The notes below the pieces were generated by a model. That model saw nothing but the letters and a program-made list of their open reading frames with translations. It was not told the origin of the DNA and ran no database searches. A stretch of 64,000 nucleotides of DNA from Epiperipatus broadwayi (taxonomy: Eukaryota; Animalia; Onychophora): assembly GCA_028023455.1 (NCBI GenBank), contig JAQFVV010000002.1:22816001-22880000 (forward strand), in the 5' to 3' direction. Shown in pieces: positions 37,370-52,409 of this stretch (position 1 is its first letter; each line of letters opens with the position of its first letter). The position numbers and the translations under genes are program-made.

Positions 37370-38170
37370 TATTACCCCCTATGACTTCCCCCGAAAGAAA
37401 GTGTTTATTTATTTTTTTGCAATTGTTTAGTAATATTCAAAATCACTTCAATAATATCAACAATTTCATCCATTAAAAATATTTTCTTTTGACACAAGAT
37501 AATTAACAGAAAAATTATTTTAGTACTTCTGAGATTGGAAGCTTAGACTAGTAAGTAATCATAATTTAATTTTGCATCATGTTCTTATCATGTTAGTTTA
37601 AACATTTTTAAATTTGTCCTATTTTCTCACATGAAAAGAAAATAGGCTAATTCTCAAAATCCTTTTTCTTCCAAGATACTTTAGCAATGTTATCATTTCT
37701 CTGTTGTTTTCCAGATCTAATTCTGACTTTTGAACCTTATTATCTTTAATTTATCATATTTCGATCACTTGTATATATACATTTTTACCAATATTTCATT
37801 AAACATCCTTTTTACCAAAAGCTTTCTCATTTCAATTATTGCTCTATCCAACTGTTCTTTCTACTAAATGTTACACCAATAACTTTTTTTTTTCTAATTC
37901 CTCTAGTTTTCTATATTCCTTTTCTAACCATCTTCTTGCTTTGTTTTACATTTTCATTTATTTTTAAGCCTAATATAGATAATTGTACTTTCTGCAATAT
38001 TTTTATTTTTCCATCTGCTTTTAACTATTTTATTCATATTTCTCTTTCATAACTTTTTGTTTATAATTTACTACTATTATTTTAATACCTTATATGTTTT
38101 TTGAATAATTTTTACCATTTATCCAAATTTTCTTTATCAGCTAAACTAATGCTATCTACACTTATATTCA
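37370..38170 (-). mobile_element. RTE-like LINE fragment, decayed
   Basis: Purine-rich minus strand with remnants resembling the RTE linker/RT; no intact ORF. Confidence 0.4.
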
Positions 38171-38640
38171 TTCATATATTAAGATATGATAACATTATTA
38201 CCTTTAGAAAATTTTCTTAATCATGTTAACGGATTAGTCGTATTTAGGAGTCCATTTCCATGGATTATTTCCTTAAGAGCTGAAGTAAAGGCCTGTTTAT
38301 GGGGGGAAATGCATATTAAATCTATTATAAAAACCCAAAAGTGATCTCTTCCTTGTTTTAGATATTAGAAACTTCGAAAATGGCTCTAATCTTTTCTGGA
38401 TGAGGCCAAATTCTTCTGACTCTTATAATATCTTAAAATATCACTTGTAACTGGCCACTTTTCTTTATATATGTTGATTTTAATCATCTTTTCTTTGCAT
38501 TTTAAAAAAATGATTTTATCTCTTCTTGGGTCACCCTTAGCTTATAGTTAGCTATTGTTTATGTTTGATTTCTTTTATAATTTTCTCTACATTCGAATGG
38601 TATTTTTTACCCCCATAGTACTCTTTCTTTTCCCCTCAAT

Positions 38641-39586
38641 TTCTCACAGAGGCAAAACTCTCCATATAATAGCACTATAGTGCAACCAGAGTAATCAATG
38701 GATGCAGGAAAGTTTGTGCCTAAAATCCCCTTTCTAGCTTGTGGTTTTCATCAGTGAAGAGTTTTGGAACTGAGAGTGCTGCAACTAGATCTTAGGATCT
38801 AATGCAACCCTCCAGCAGCCACCTTTTTTTTTATCTAACTATAAAACTTTGAGTCCAAAATGAAAACACAATAATGTTTTCAAGCTAAGCTCATTAGTTA
38901 GTATAGCTGTATAGATCTGAACTCAGTTCAGCATTCATACTTTTTGGTGTCTTTGGTTCTTTAATAAAATAGTCACCATAATCATATTGGGCAGCATTGG
39001 TATTAAACCATCAAACATCACATAATCACCATTCTTTATGCTTACACAGGCTGTTTTTCCCCAGAGGCTAAACTCTCCATACAGTAGTGCTACTTAGTGC
39101 AAGCCAGAGTAATCAATGAAATGTTTGTGCATAAAATTCCTATCTAGTGCCTCCTTGTGTAAACATAAAGAATGGTAATCATGTGACAGGTTTAATACCA
39201 ATCTTTCCCAATAGGGTTATGTTGACTGGTAATTAAAGAACCAAAGACAAAAAGTTTGAATGCTGAACTGAGTTCAGATCTATACAAGCTAATGAGTTAG
39301 CTTGAAAGCATTATTGTGTTTTCATTTTGGACTCAAAGCTTTATAGTTAGCTAAAAAAGTAAAAGGTGGCCACTGGAGGGTTGCATTAGATCTATGTGGA
39401 GTGCTCTCAGATCCAACACTGTTCATAATGAAAGCCACTATATAGGGATATTATGCACAAACCTCTCTGCATCCATTGATTGCGCTGGCTTGCTTTGGGT
39501 GGTACTGTTGTATGCAGAGTTTTGCCTTTGCGAAAAAACAGCTTGCATAAGCATAGAGGATGAAGATCATGTGATGTTTGATGGTT
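38641..39586. mobile_element. HHR retrozyme family 1 (subfamily B), tandem plus inverted insertion (copy h)
   Basis: About 1.1 antisense monomers (38641-39153) are followed by about one sense monomer ending gtgatgtttgatggtt. A possible TSD cctcaat is at 38634-38640 and 39587-39593. The cores are degraded. Confidence 0.82.
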
Positions 39587-42500
39587 CCTCAATACTATAT
39601 TCTTATAGTTGGGATAGCTTCACAATTTTTTCTATTCCATATACTTACTGAATGACACTTTCTTTTTTCTCTCTCTATTTCTCATTTTCCAGATTTAGTT
39701 AGTTCCTCTGGTAATTTTTTTTCTATTATTGTTGATTTTTTCCTTCATTTCTTGAAGGTTTTTATTTATTTTTCCTCATATTTCAATCAATTGTGCTGCT
39801 AGTTAATTTTTCAGTTTTTTAATGAATTTTAGTAATATTAGTTTCTTCATTGTTTTGATCAATCTTGACAGTTATTTTTTCCTCAAGCCTTGGATAGTTT
39901 TATTCACCTCAGTAAGCATTGGTTATTATTCTTTGTTTTCACTGTTTAGTACTATATGTGATTCTGGACTCTCCATTTTTTATTCTTGCCTTTCTATTTT
40001 CATATCTGGGATTGCCCTTCTTGTTTTTCCATCTTATTCACCTTTGCATTGACTCATATATATATAGATTCTGCTTTTTTTGTGTGTTTCATTAAACTTT
40101 CAAACCACTGTCTGCTTCTGCATGAAATCCTTAACATCTATAAAAATCTGTTGTCTTTAAGTTTATTATTATAACATGTCTCTTATAACTTGCCTATTAT
40201 TATTTATCCCTAACTGTCCATGTTTTGTAATTCATTATTGTTTTACTCTACTCTAAGTCTGTAGTTGTTTTTTTCCCTTTGGTCACTTTTAATATTGTCA
40301 TTCCTATCACTATCCTATTTTCAATATATATCTCAGGTGAATGACATTATCATTCTAGATACCATGTTGGCTGCAGTTTTATTTGTTTGGGCGTCAAAAA
40401 TTGGATGGCTGATTTTATGTAATGAAGTAATTTATATTCCCCTGTTTACTAGAGCCAATGGTCACATTAGATATTATTTTTCATAATAAAGGGTGAAGGA
40501 TTATGTTTGGGAGAATTGTTGGTCTGGAAACAAACTTTTGAAACAGTAAGGTCTGCCTGGCAGATCTTCGTTTCACCTTTTCTCACCTATTTTCTACCCT
40601 CATACCTTAGTTTGAACCTCAATCTATCGTAGTGTGTCTGCAATACGCTTATATACCGAAAATCCTGCCTAATTTTAAACCACGAGTACAATGCTCGTAT
40701 TATATATATAACTCATTCCCAAATCAATAAAATGTTGTTGATTATGTGTATGTTCGCATAATTTAGATTTCTTTAAAAGTAGGTTATATAGGTCATAATT
40801 GCGCACACACTATGATATGCATTTTAAAACATATCGAAATTATAAATTGTTAATTAAGGTTATTTTGTTCGAATCTATTTACAAAAATATAATATTTTTG
40901 ATTTAAAATAAAATTCATGTTCGTTTAGCAAATAGATTCAAATATTGAGATTTAAAAGTAAAATAATTTTCTTTTAATTTAATAAAAGTCATTCCAAATA
41001 TTTCTTTAAAATAAATGATGGACAATAGTTTAATTATTTAATGTTATAGAAGCTTATCTAAAAATGCAGCAGATGTCCACTTAAGGTTTTCTTTAATTAG
41101 TAAAAGTAATTTTTAATTAAATCTAGTTTGTAATTCGAATGTCGACAAGGAAATTAACAATAGAAATTAATTAAAATTTTGTTAAATTCCTTTAGACATT
41201 CAGATGGGTTTAATTACAGCTGATAAGTCCGATATATTTTTGTAATGCTCCAGGGCAGTTCTATTGTTCAATTCCACTATAAAAAGAAAGTTTTTCTTTT
41301 GTTCTCCATTCTGGTGTTTCTAATGAAATGATTCTAGTCATTTTCTATTGAAAATATTCTAATAAAATAGTCTTCAAAATATATTTTCCTGAGATTTTAG
41401 CTACGTGCCTGCAAACTTATCTTTGAAGCCGAGTTTTCATCTCCAAATTAATTCACCATGTTTACCACACAAATTGCTAACCTTGACATGTCGGAGTAGA
41501 GCCGGCACGAAGGCTATTTCCCTCAGGAATGGCCAGCTGCTGCTCTAGACCATCGGAAGCTATCATGTAAGGAACCCCAGAACTGCTGCTGCTGCCAAAA
41601 ATATGAACATTCCAGATTTTGCTGCTGAGTTATATAAAACCTGCCGACCATCAATCTACCTGCAAATGCTTCTCCAGAGGTAACCTAAATTAACCCAAGA
41701 GCTCTTGTGATTCCTAACTAACATGCTATAGCTATTTTAAATTGTTTTTCTTCTATTTCACTTGACTTATTATGTACTTCTTTAACGTGTTTAAATATAA
41801 TCAACAGTTTTGCTCTCTATCCTTGGGTTAATATTTTCTATTTATTAAGCTTTCTTTTATTTTATTATGATAATGTGTCAGAATCGTCTTTGACTGAGTG
41901 AATTATTCCCTTTGTTGAAAGCAAGACGCTGCAATTAAGGCATATTTTAAATGTATAAATAATTCTCAATTTTATTATCTTGCAAATCACTCATTCGAGG
42001 GCGATTCTAATCTTTAATATATATAATAATCAAATAGTTTAAAATCTACATTTTAATGATTTTAATCTAATATGAGAGTATGTGTGAGGTCAATGATTAA
42101 ATGTGTCCCCAAATGCATGATTGCATAAATAAACCTATGCTTTCTTTTCAAACCCACAAGCATGCATTTTCCTATGTTAAATACTGCGTTCTACTTTAAT
42201 TACAAAGTTCATCATTGACATTGAGAAGGTGCGGACCCTTTTAAATGAATTTCTGGGAATTTGATTGGGCATTTCTCTTAATCCAAGTAAAACCCATTTA
42301 GTATGTTTTATAAACACTAGTTTAGTATCACTGGTAAATGAATTGGTTGTTGAGACCGCTTTGTTTTGCTTTCCAAGGATTTTACACGGCCAAGTCCATT
42401 CTCTCTTCGCTTCCTGCAGTTCCCAGGCAGAGTGTGTACTCAAATGTCACACCTGGGAATTAAATGCAGTTGTCACCCAGTCGCTAAGTTTCAGCTGTCC

Positions 42501-44639
42501 ATGACAACACTTTCCTATGGGTTAGCGGTGAGCTGCCCTCCATAGTCATTCCAAATATTTCACTATTGTTTTATTTATATATTTATTTTTACAAAGCATC
42601 CGTGACTTAAAAGTGTCACACCCTCCATCCTTTAATAAATTCATTACTAGCAATACTGACCTCCCATCTGCTTTAATTATTATTATCAAATAAATGTCTT
42701 GATCACATCCCCACTTTATCTCTTAGTAAGCTTTTGTCCATGCTATTCTCGAAATCAATAAATATTATATAACCCGTAATATCAAATATTTTATTAAACT
42801 TTTATAATTACTCAAAGCACCTCGAACATGTTCCTATCTCTTTAAGCACATTATCGTAATACTATTAGCCCGAGGGATAGAATATATAATTTTGCCTTAA
42901 AACCTTTTGTAATTTATTGGAATGTAATGCCAACAATTATTTAGTAAGCGTCCCTGTCTCATATAAGAAGACAGTGGCATTATATATATATATTTCTATA
43001 TAAATAAAATTTTGAAATCATTTAAAACTAATTTGGATCTTTTATCTTATTGATTCCTATCACTGTCTTGGTCTATATATCTATTTTCTGCATTTCTTTT
43101 GTACATCCATAGACATTAATTAGCAACCCAAATTTATCTTAGTATAGAGTTTTTTGTTTCTCCCTGACCACCAGGCACTGGTAAAAGGTTGTACTAATAG
43201 TAGCATCAGATGCGTTATCACATAGGTGGCGCTGTGAAATTTAGACTTTAGATTTGAATTTAGCATATCTAGAAGGCAACCCTTCCTAGAATGTTCAGTT
43301 TCGTGTGTGGGGTTTGAATTCTGCAGTGTGTTAGCGAGATAGATGATTCTGACTGTTACACTTTGAACACTGGATTGCTATCAAGTGCTCAACCAAAAAA
43401 CTATTATAGAAACAGCTTTCATTATTAGTTATATATATATTATAGCCATATGTATAACTGAATTAATGGACACTACCTCTTAATGGAGTGTTGCCTCTAT
43501 GAAATATTACTTAACAATGACTACTGTATTTTCCAATATTATAGCCTGATTTGCTAGTCAAGCATACAGAAGAAATGAAAAATGTCAATTTCCCATAGTA
43601 TAAAAATCTTACTAACATTAAAAAAAAAAAGACATTATATCATAAATTATGAAGACTTGGGCATTTATGCATATGTGCATTACATTGTAAATATTACTTT
43701 GTTACAATCATTTAGTTAGGTCTTTATATAAGTAATAGAATAAATTTCTTATCAGCTTAATTTAATTACTATTCCATACTTTGAGATGGCTAAGTTCATT
43801 CTGAGGATATGCTATGGCTTCCCCTTGCAAAATTTATTTCTGCAACCTCCAAAATTTTTTTGAATTAAGGTGGCTTTATATAAATCCATACTGTTTCATA
43901 TCTCAAAGCAAAATTCATATTGTCTTTTGTAATATCGACTGTAATGGGCGAGTTGGTTAAGAGAATGATGATTAGTTGTTTTTTTTCCAGATGAATAACT
44001 AGGCTTTTGCTGCATTATTGGTTCAGCAAACACATTCATTCTCCAAGATTACATGTTGACAAATAAACAGGTTCAACGAGAGTTTGGATTAACATTGCAT
44101 TATTTCTATTCTTTCGTCAACAACAACAAAAAAAATCATTTCTTTTAGTTTAGGTTTGGAAATGAAACTAACTATTGTGCTTTCAGAAAAAAAATCCCAT
44201 CTTTCTGTTTGAAGAAAAAGTAAAGCATTTTTTTTTTCTTTAAAAGTGCGAGAGAAGAGAACCACCAAACTAAGTCATGCCCAATATATCTGGATTTATA
44301 ATTTAATTTTTTCGTTATACAAAATTGTTTTTTAAATATTTTTATTGTGCACTAAGGGTTACAAAAGATTTCACTGAGTTAATAATTAGAGTTCTTATAT
44401 CTTTTATGATTGCCCTACCTAGATATTAGTTGGATGAGCAATCAAATTCCACGTGTCTTTATAAATGCCTAAGGGGCGAGCTTCGTATCTCTTTGTTGTA
44501 ATTTTTTATATATACTTTCATACAATTAAAATTCTTTTATTGCTCCTCATTGATGCCTGATTGGCATTCATCACTATTTTGCAAGTGATTATCTGTCACT
44601 TTACTGGCAGAGCCAAAAATCCCTTGAGACTGATAAAAT

Positions 44640-46760
44640 GAATTTAATCAATGATAAGCTTAGATCAATCCCATGCAATATTCCTAATATTGACAGGATT
44701 ATGGACTTAAAGATGCAATATAAGGATAGGCAGTTGGTTTTGTCTGAATATCTATCAGTTAAGAAGTCCTGTATATTGGCTTAAATGCATAACTAAAGTT
44801 GCATCCAATGAGCCTTGGGCACAAGAAGCAACAAGACAGCTGTAATTGTTAATGGTACACTGCGCACTGGATCTTACATGCTTAATGAAATTCATGAATA
44901 TTTTAAAGATAAGCTGACAGATGATGGCAGAAGCTGGATGGAGGCTGCTGTTCCTCAATGTGATAATTCAGAACATGAGATTATGGAATTTGATGTCCTC
45001 GGGAAATTGAAAATCATTCCCTGAAAGTATCCACCCGGGAAAACATGCTATACCAAAATTTCTCCTGGTTCAGCTAAACAAATTTACTGTCCCATTATCA
45101 CTAACATTTAACACAATAGATGGATTTTATCTGATCTCTTTGGTCCCTTTTATTAGAAAAAGGATTTCACCATAGCCAATCTGCGGCCGATTTCAATGAC
45201 TTCTATCATGATTAAAGTCAGTGAGTCAGTCATTAAAGATAAAATACAAGATTATATACTCCCACACATCTCACAGTATCAATATGTTAAGAAGAGGGCA
45301 TTCACAGGAAAAGCCATCTGTCTATTCAGACTGCTTATAGATTTTGTCAGAGCAGGAAGGAGATCGAAGCCAATCACTGTCCATCTTGACATTTTGGCAG
45401 CATTTGTCTCAGTCAGAACTTATATTCTTCTGAACATGTTAGAAGAGTATGATGTACTTAGGCTTATACACATCATTTCCAACCTCCTGGGCAGCAGGGA
45501 GATTTTTGTTATGCTCGATGGGAAAATAGCACCAGACTTTAAACCGTCATTCCATCCCACAAGGGTCCCCTCTTAGTGCATCATACATTAACCCTCTCTT
45601 GTTAGAAATTGAAAATAAACTTCCTGGCATCTTTATTCCTGCCATTCAGACACCCATTTGCCACTTGCCTTATATGAATGATCTGATAGTGATTTTGCCT
45701 TCTCTTAAATACATCCCTTCCCTTTTATCAATCTTAAATTAGTATACAACAAAATATGGACTGCAAAAATCATCATTATGGAGAATTAGTTCTGATCGCA
45801 AAGTATCTTCACAATTTATAGCAGATCCATAGAAGTTTTTTGGGTTTCCTCTCTTTATGTCTACATTGCCATGAGAAAATCCATTCAAGACTGGGTCATT
45901 TTGATGTCTCAGAAGATTGCCGATGCACTTGCCAAGGTCTATCAGTCTTTGTCAAGATCTCACTACTGAACATTTTGGTTTTTCCAATGATAAACTATTT
46001 TATGCCTGATATTTACTTTACTCATGGTTTCAAAAACAAACAAAATAAATTATATTTGTATGAAGCTGATTTGGGGAAGGGGAGTGGTGGCAGTCAATTT
46101 AAGGGGAATGCAAAGTTCTAAAAGACTCAATGGTTTATCATTACATTCAATATCCACATTCCTTTTTTCAGAAGGTATTAAACACACTTGTTAAACTCAA
46201 TCAGGTTTTTCTGAAGAGAGAATGGTTTACTGAGGTACCTCCGACTGATTGTCCTCTGCCAACTGGATGGATGGGATCTATGATATCTAATGTTAACAAT
46301 CACATACAAATAAACACAAACTAAAGATATATCTCTGGGAATCCTATAAGTTCACATAGAATGGGATTGGGCTTGCTACCATGCTCATTCAGATTGCAAA
46401 CAATAGAATGATCTCTAGGTTCAAGCATTGGATGCTTGAAACAAAATTCTTTGACTTCCTGGTTAAATTAAACTTGGAAGTGCTTCCAACAAATCAATTT
46501 CTTGTTATTAAAAAGGGATTTTCTAAGTTAGATCCAATCTGCCAGTTATGCAAAAAGGCTGAAGAGACAATGATGCATACATTTTTTTGGTGTGATGAAC
46601 TAAAGATTCGTAGAGACAGACCATGCTATAGATAAATCAGGGGAGGGGGGGCTCACTGTGATTGCAGACTGAATCAGAAAGGGACTCTTCCCACTGATTA
46701 GGCTTTCTACATTTATTATTTACTATTTGGTCAATCAGGTGCAAGCTTGTATTTGACCAA
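44640..46760 (+). mobile_element. L1/Tx1-like LINE: RT plus C-terminal cysteine motif, decayed
   Basis: RPISMTSIMIK, VHLDILAAF, LPYMNDLIV and KLNLEVLPTN..CQLCKKAEETMMHTFFWC occur in order, with frameshifts. Confidence 0.82.
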
Positions 46761-46899
46761 TGGACAGATACTAATGCTCATCTTTTCTTTGATTTAGTTA
46801 CAAAATTAAATTTTACATTACTAAATTATTTCTTTTAACATCATATGCTTACTAGCTATTTATTTTTCTTTAATGTGTATCACATACATCAAAATAGGT

Positions 46900-47410
46900 A
46901 TATTGGATTTTAAGTGATACTATAATGTTAATACCCCAATCCCTTTGCTTTTAATACCACATATCACTGCTTTAGGTTAACTTTAATATTTAATTCATGA
47001 AGTTAGATTATACCAATCTATCTCAATATAAACAAAATCATTTTCAACAATTATCAATCCATTATAAAAGAAAAGTTTCAAATTGAAACCAATTTTTCCA
47101 ATCTATATCCTCTCTTTACTAGATCGCACTCCCTTAATCTTTTATTCAACTTCACATGGGGCCCTTTTAAATCTTTTGGAATTCTGTTTAAGATGTTAAT
47201 TAACTATCTACTACTATCTCTTCTTGCAATCTGTCCAATTCCATTTTAGTCTGTTTTTTCAATGATGTCAATAATACTTGTTTGTTGTATCACTAAAATA
47301 TTTTGCATTTGATCCATTCTTATTATTCACAATATATATCCCTTCACACATTGTTTAAGTAGTCTGAAGTCTCTGAACTGCTCTTCTGTTAAGTGGCCAA
47401 ATCTCAGATC
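46900..47410 (-). mobile_element. RTE-like LINE 3' fragment
   Basis: Minus-strand remnants resemble the RTE C-terminus (KMELDRL...PHVKLNK). Confidence 0.45.
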
Positions 47411-47429
47411 CACAATTTATAAATCATTA

Positions 47430-48530
47430 AATATATAATATATAAATCACAAATGATTTTATGATATTAAAATCTAAAATATTCCTCATTAAACATTTTC
47501 AGAAAAAATTGTTCCCCATATGTAGTAATGTGATCTCTGTCTTTTGTCTGAAAATAGGTTTTGGGCTATCTGTGCATGTTAAATTCTCTTCCTAGTAGTA
47601 GTTTCCGTTATTTGCCAGTATATTACAGATTTTAGCATATATAAATTAATAAGGTTTAGCCTAAATTAGTAGTAAATATTTTTCCCACATATATAATAGA
47701 ACCTTTTTTTGGGATGAAATCCATCTTTAGAGGTCAAAATTGGAATAATGTTTTAAAGAAAGCCATTGCTTTTAATGCATATGACAAAAATTTTTAAAAG
47801 GCATATTTGTTTGTCTTGTTAATAGTGCAGTGCAAATTGTTTGTCTCCATTCTTTGTTGTTATCTGATAATTCATGAGGAATACATATATATTCTCTGAG
47901 TTTCTCTCCAATCGTGTTTTGGACAATTGACCATGAAGAATTAAGTTTATCAGATAATTCCTGTAAAGTTTATCACAATCAGACTCTTAAAAGTATTATC
48001 ACCTATAGTCAAAAGCCTCCCAGATTGAAGACAATCAAACAGATCAAAATTTCCAAATTTAAATCATCTAAACCCCATTGCTGACATTTGTTCACTATTA
48101 ATAAGGCTCCATGTGTAAAATAAATAACATATGTAACCACTGTAGTATTCTTTCTTTGATGGAACGAAAATAACATAATGTCTCAAATGGCTCTCTTCCA
48201 CTTTAATGACAACCATCTTTAAAAAATAAAATAATAATGGAAATAATTATTTTTGAAAATATGCTTAAATATGTAATAAAGATGTAGCTTGCTAAATTAC
48301 ATTTGAATTACAGCAATTCATTAAAAGATACACTTCCAAAAATAATTGATTACTTTCCAGTCCTTTCTTGTAAATATGTGATGAAAATAGTGGTTGATAC
48401 ATCTAATTATCATTTCCACAAATCAGGATTTAAATCTGGCAGTAGTTGAAGTTTTTTAAATAGCTGAGAATTTCTAAACTAATTATTATATTTTTCTTCA
48501 GTGAGTTGGTCCAATTAGCCATTGTATTAT
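47430..48530 (-). mobile_element. Scattered mariner-like transposase relics
   Basis: Minus-strand motifs resemble WVPHEL, TDSPKP and YSPDL; heavily decayed. Confidence 0.35.
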
Positions 48531-48548
48531 TGGTCAGAAAATGAGAAT

Positions 48549-49079
48549 TAAAACAGGCAAATCTCTCTATACAGCAGTGTCACTCAGTGCTAACCAGAGT
48601 AATCAATGGATGCCAGAAGGCTTGTGCATAAAATCCCCATCTAGTGCCTACTCACCTAATATCCCCAGAATAGTTTCTGGCTTGTGGCTTTGTCAGTGAG
48701 GAGCTTTGGATCTGAGAGCATTGTACCTAGATCTTAGAATCTAATGCAATCCTCCATCAGCCACCTTTTATCTCTACTTAACTACAAAACTATGAGTATA
48801 AAATTGAAAACACAATATTTGATCTATGCTCAATAGCTTATACAGTCATATGGGTCTGAACCGAGTTCAGTACCCATACATTTTGGTATCTTTGGCTCTT
48901 TAACAACCATAGCCACCACTATCCTATTACAGGATTGGTGTTAAACCACTAAACATCACATGATCACTTTCTTATGCTAACACATAACTATTATTAAAAC
49001 AGGCAAAACTCTCATACAGCAGTGCCACTCAGTGCTGAACAGAGTAGTCAATGGATGCCAGAAGGCTTATGCATAAAAC
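48549..49079 (-). mobile_element. HHR retrozyme family 1, tandem 1.2 monomers (copy i)
   Basis: A direct repeat with a 446-bp period (aaacaggc at 48551 and 48997); the core is mutated (CTGACAA). Confidence 0.85.
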
Positions 49080-49189
49080 TAGACAGTAAAATAATAATAA
49101 ATATAATCCATTATTAAACAGCTGTTAACTAGCCTGGTAATATTTTTGCTGTTCCTTTATGGTTGAAAACTGGAGAGGCTTTGACTCTG

Positions 49190-49410
49190 TGAAAGACTAT
49201 TTAAGAATCATCACTTCAATCATTATCAATTCACTGCAGAATGAAGGTCTCTCCAAGTTTATCTATTTTCTCTGATCTAAATTTTCTTTTCTCCACATCA
49301 TATCAACAATTTTAGTTATTTCTCCGTCTATCTTGTGGTTTTTTTCTAATCTTTTACAATCTCTTGAGACTCAATTTAAAAGTTCAACTATCCATCTGCT
49401 GTTATTTTTT
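49190..49410 (-). mobile_element. RTE-clade LINE 3' fragment
   Basis: Homologous to 3310-3500 (cactgcagaatgaaggtctctccaagtt vs cactgcaagataaagacctctccaagtt). Confidence 0.65.
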
Positions 49411-51777
49411 CTAGGATACATCTACATTAATATATGAAGATACACCCAGAAATACATCGTCAAAAGTTACTGAAACAATTTTAGAAATTATTTTAAAATT
49501 AAAACGTCAGATTTATAGATACCAATGCGATTCAATTTTTTTTTGCAAACTTTATATATTTAAGTGAATGAACCTTTTGTAATATGAGTTGATATTAGTC
49601 CTGAAAGTTAGACATCCAGTTACCTATTTTTTAGAGTGTAGACCCCCCCCCCCATATTGCCTTCTAATGCGCTTGATCTTTTATATCTCTTTACCTGTCC
49701 AGAACAGATTTAGTTTCCAAAAAGACTTCATATATCATATCTGGAAAGGCTGCAATTTTCATGATAATGTTATTTGTCTTAGTAGTATATTCTTGAATTT
49801 AAGAAAAAAAAAAACTTTTTGAATTATATCAACTATTTTTAGACTTAATGTTCGTAAATGTATATAGATTTTTAAATAACTTTGCAGTTGTAAATCCGTT
49901 CCCCTAAGATTAAACTTCGAAAACGTTTTTTTTTTTTTACAAAAAGTAGTTTCTTATTAAGAATACATACTAAATCACTAGAACTCAAACAGTATTTGTT
50001 CTTTTTTAGCTCATTCCAATAATACATTTAATTGTTTAAAATTAAATCAATTTGTCTTTTATTATTCTAATGTTTCATTTATTAACAATTTTCTGGCGAC
50101 TAAAACTGATTACTAAAAGTCCTATGTGACTGAATATTTCATAATGTCAAGATAAAAATATAATCTCGAGTGACAATATAATTTTTTCCAATTTTTATTT
50201 TAGCTGCATGGTGGGAAAATGTTTATTTAACATACGCGTTGTGCTACACGAGTGATTTCGATATTTAATTCCAATTTACAATGATCTATGCAAGTGACAT
50301 TACATTCTCTCTCAATTGTATCATATTTATAACTGTACGAAATGTTTAATAACAAATTGAAATGTTCTAATTATATTAAGTTTGTTATTTTTTTTAACGC
50401 CATACTACAAGGTAAGATGTTTAAATTGATTTCTTTCTTTTATTAATTAAAAACATTGAAAAAGTCAACCATTTACAATATAAAGTACTCAAGAAAAAAG
50501 TTATAATAGTGTTTGCAAAAAGGAAAATATATTAAACTTTGTAGTTATGAAATATACAAAGAAAGGAACAGCAAAAATATTCAATTCCAGGGAATTAGAA
50601 TATTACAGTACTATTGTTAATTACTTTCTGGTTAATTACTTGTTATTTATTACCTAACTCATATATTATCGTTGCACGCCTTATGCTGACCAATTTTCTT
50701 AATTCAAGCCCATCTCATTTTGCTAACATTTAAAACTATATTATCACTCAATTTATGATTTACAATCGAGTCTACTATCAATTTTATATGACTACATCTT
50801 AACTTATGAATATATGTATTGGCATATCATAATTACCATTCTTTAGTAAGCTAAAGCATTTGTGTACACATAATTTTATAGCTTCTCACTTGCAACCCAG
50901 GAAAGATGCCTTAAAATAATCAATTAATGAAGTTTGTCCGTAGGTAGTGAAAAAAAAAAAAAATTCAAAGTTATATGCTAACATTTCATACACATTAAAT
51001 GTTTAAGATCAGTTATATAAATAGATATGTGTGTGAAAATAAATTTCATGGCAACATTGATTTGCCTACCATATTTATAATCTGGGTTTAAATCCTGGTA
51101 AATAAAAAACAAGTATTTTTTGTCAGAATCTAATCAAGCATAGAATTCTATTAGGTAATGATTTATAGCCAACTCAGGAAATCACCAATACTTGTCAATA
51201 AAAATGTATCTAGCTATTCTCAGCTGGAGTCTAAAACTAGAATAGAAATCCACTTAAAGCCTTACCATTCATCAATTCGTCATTAATAGAAAAGCCACTG
51301 AATTAGGACTAATGGGTTCTATACCATTTTTGGTGAATGAATGTTGCTTGATCTACTGATAAATTGGTTATCTTGTAGGTTTATTCTCCCTTAAAAAAAG
51401 TGGCCAATTTTTTTAGATTTTTAAATTAATTTTGCAGAATTTTTGAGCACCTTTAACATCATAAGTATAGATTTAATCCTTCCCTCCCCCTCCTTTTATT
51501 TTCTTTTTATAAACATCTTTTTTTTCCTCACATGAAATATATCCATTCTTCTTCCATACAACATATTCTCATATAATATTCTTAATAAATAAAGGTTAAT
51601 AACAAAAAAGAAATATTGACATCCATGAAAAATGTACTGAATGCTGATCTGTTTAAATTGAATCCTAGTCATAACTTAATTTTTACAATTTCTGATTCAG
51701 ATAAATTTTGAAAAATAATATAGAAAAATATTTATAAATGTTTTTATTTAATGTGCACTAAAAAGACAAGACTAATT

Positions 51778-52409
51778 GTTGTATTTTTATATTGGACTAT
51801 TTCCATCATCTAATAGTGTGTTGAATGTCTTTAGAACAATTTAATTTTATTTAAATATTCCAAATACATTCAACTGTTAGTAATATCACAGCAAACAAAT
51901 GTTAGTAATATCACAGCAAACAAGTTAGTATATGCACTAACTGTTAGTAATATCACAGCAAACAGGTTAGTATATGCACCAACTGTTAGTAATACCACAG
52001 CAAACAAATGTTAGTAATATCACAGCAAACAAATTAGTATATGCACTAACTGTTAGTAATATCACAGCAAACAGGTTAGTATAGGCACCAACTGTTAATA
52101 ATATCACATTAAACAGGTTAATATATGCACTAACTGTTAGGAATATCACAGCAAACAGGTTAGTATATGCACAATGTTTCAAGAGGTATTCTCCTCTCTT
52201 CTTCAGGTATTGCTGGCCTGACCAGAGACAGTACTATATACTAACTTGTTTGCTGTGATATTACTAACAGTTGGTGCATATACTAACATGTTTGCTGTGA
52301 TATTACTAACAGTTGAATGTATTTGGAATATTTAAATAAAATTAAATTATTCTAAATACATTCAACACACATATTAGATGATAGAAATAGTCCAATATAA
52401 AAATACAAC
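51778..52409. repeat. Fold-back element with ~110-bp arms enclosing a 42-bp/23-bp minisatellite
   Basis: The unit aactgttagtaatatcacagcaaacaggttagtatatgcact repeats about 6 times, with about 2 inverted copies in the right arm. Confidence 0.8.

Noticed and set aside
41380-41700. GC-richer island as an exon or LTR
   Set aside because: I found no recognisable protein, splice pair or second copy.
42177-42504. Overlapping ORFs as a host gene
   Set aside because: Only a GISLNPSKT motif suggests a LINE RT scrap, which is too little to annotate.
51870-52180. CRISPR-like array
   Set aside because: The units are contiguous minisatellite repeats without unique spacers, the context is eukaryotic and no cas genes are present.
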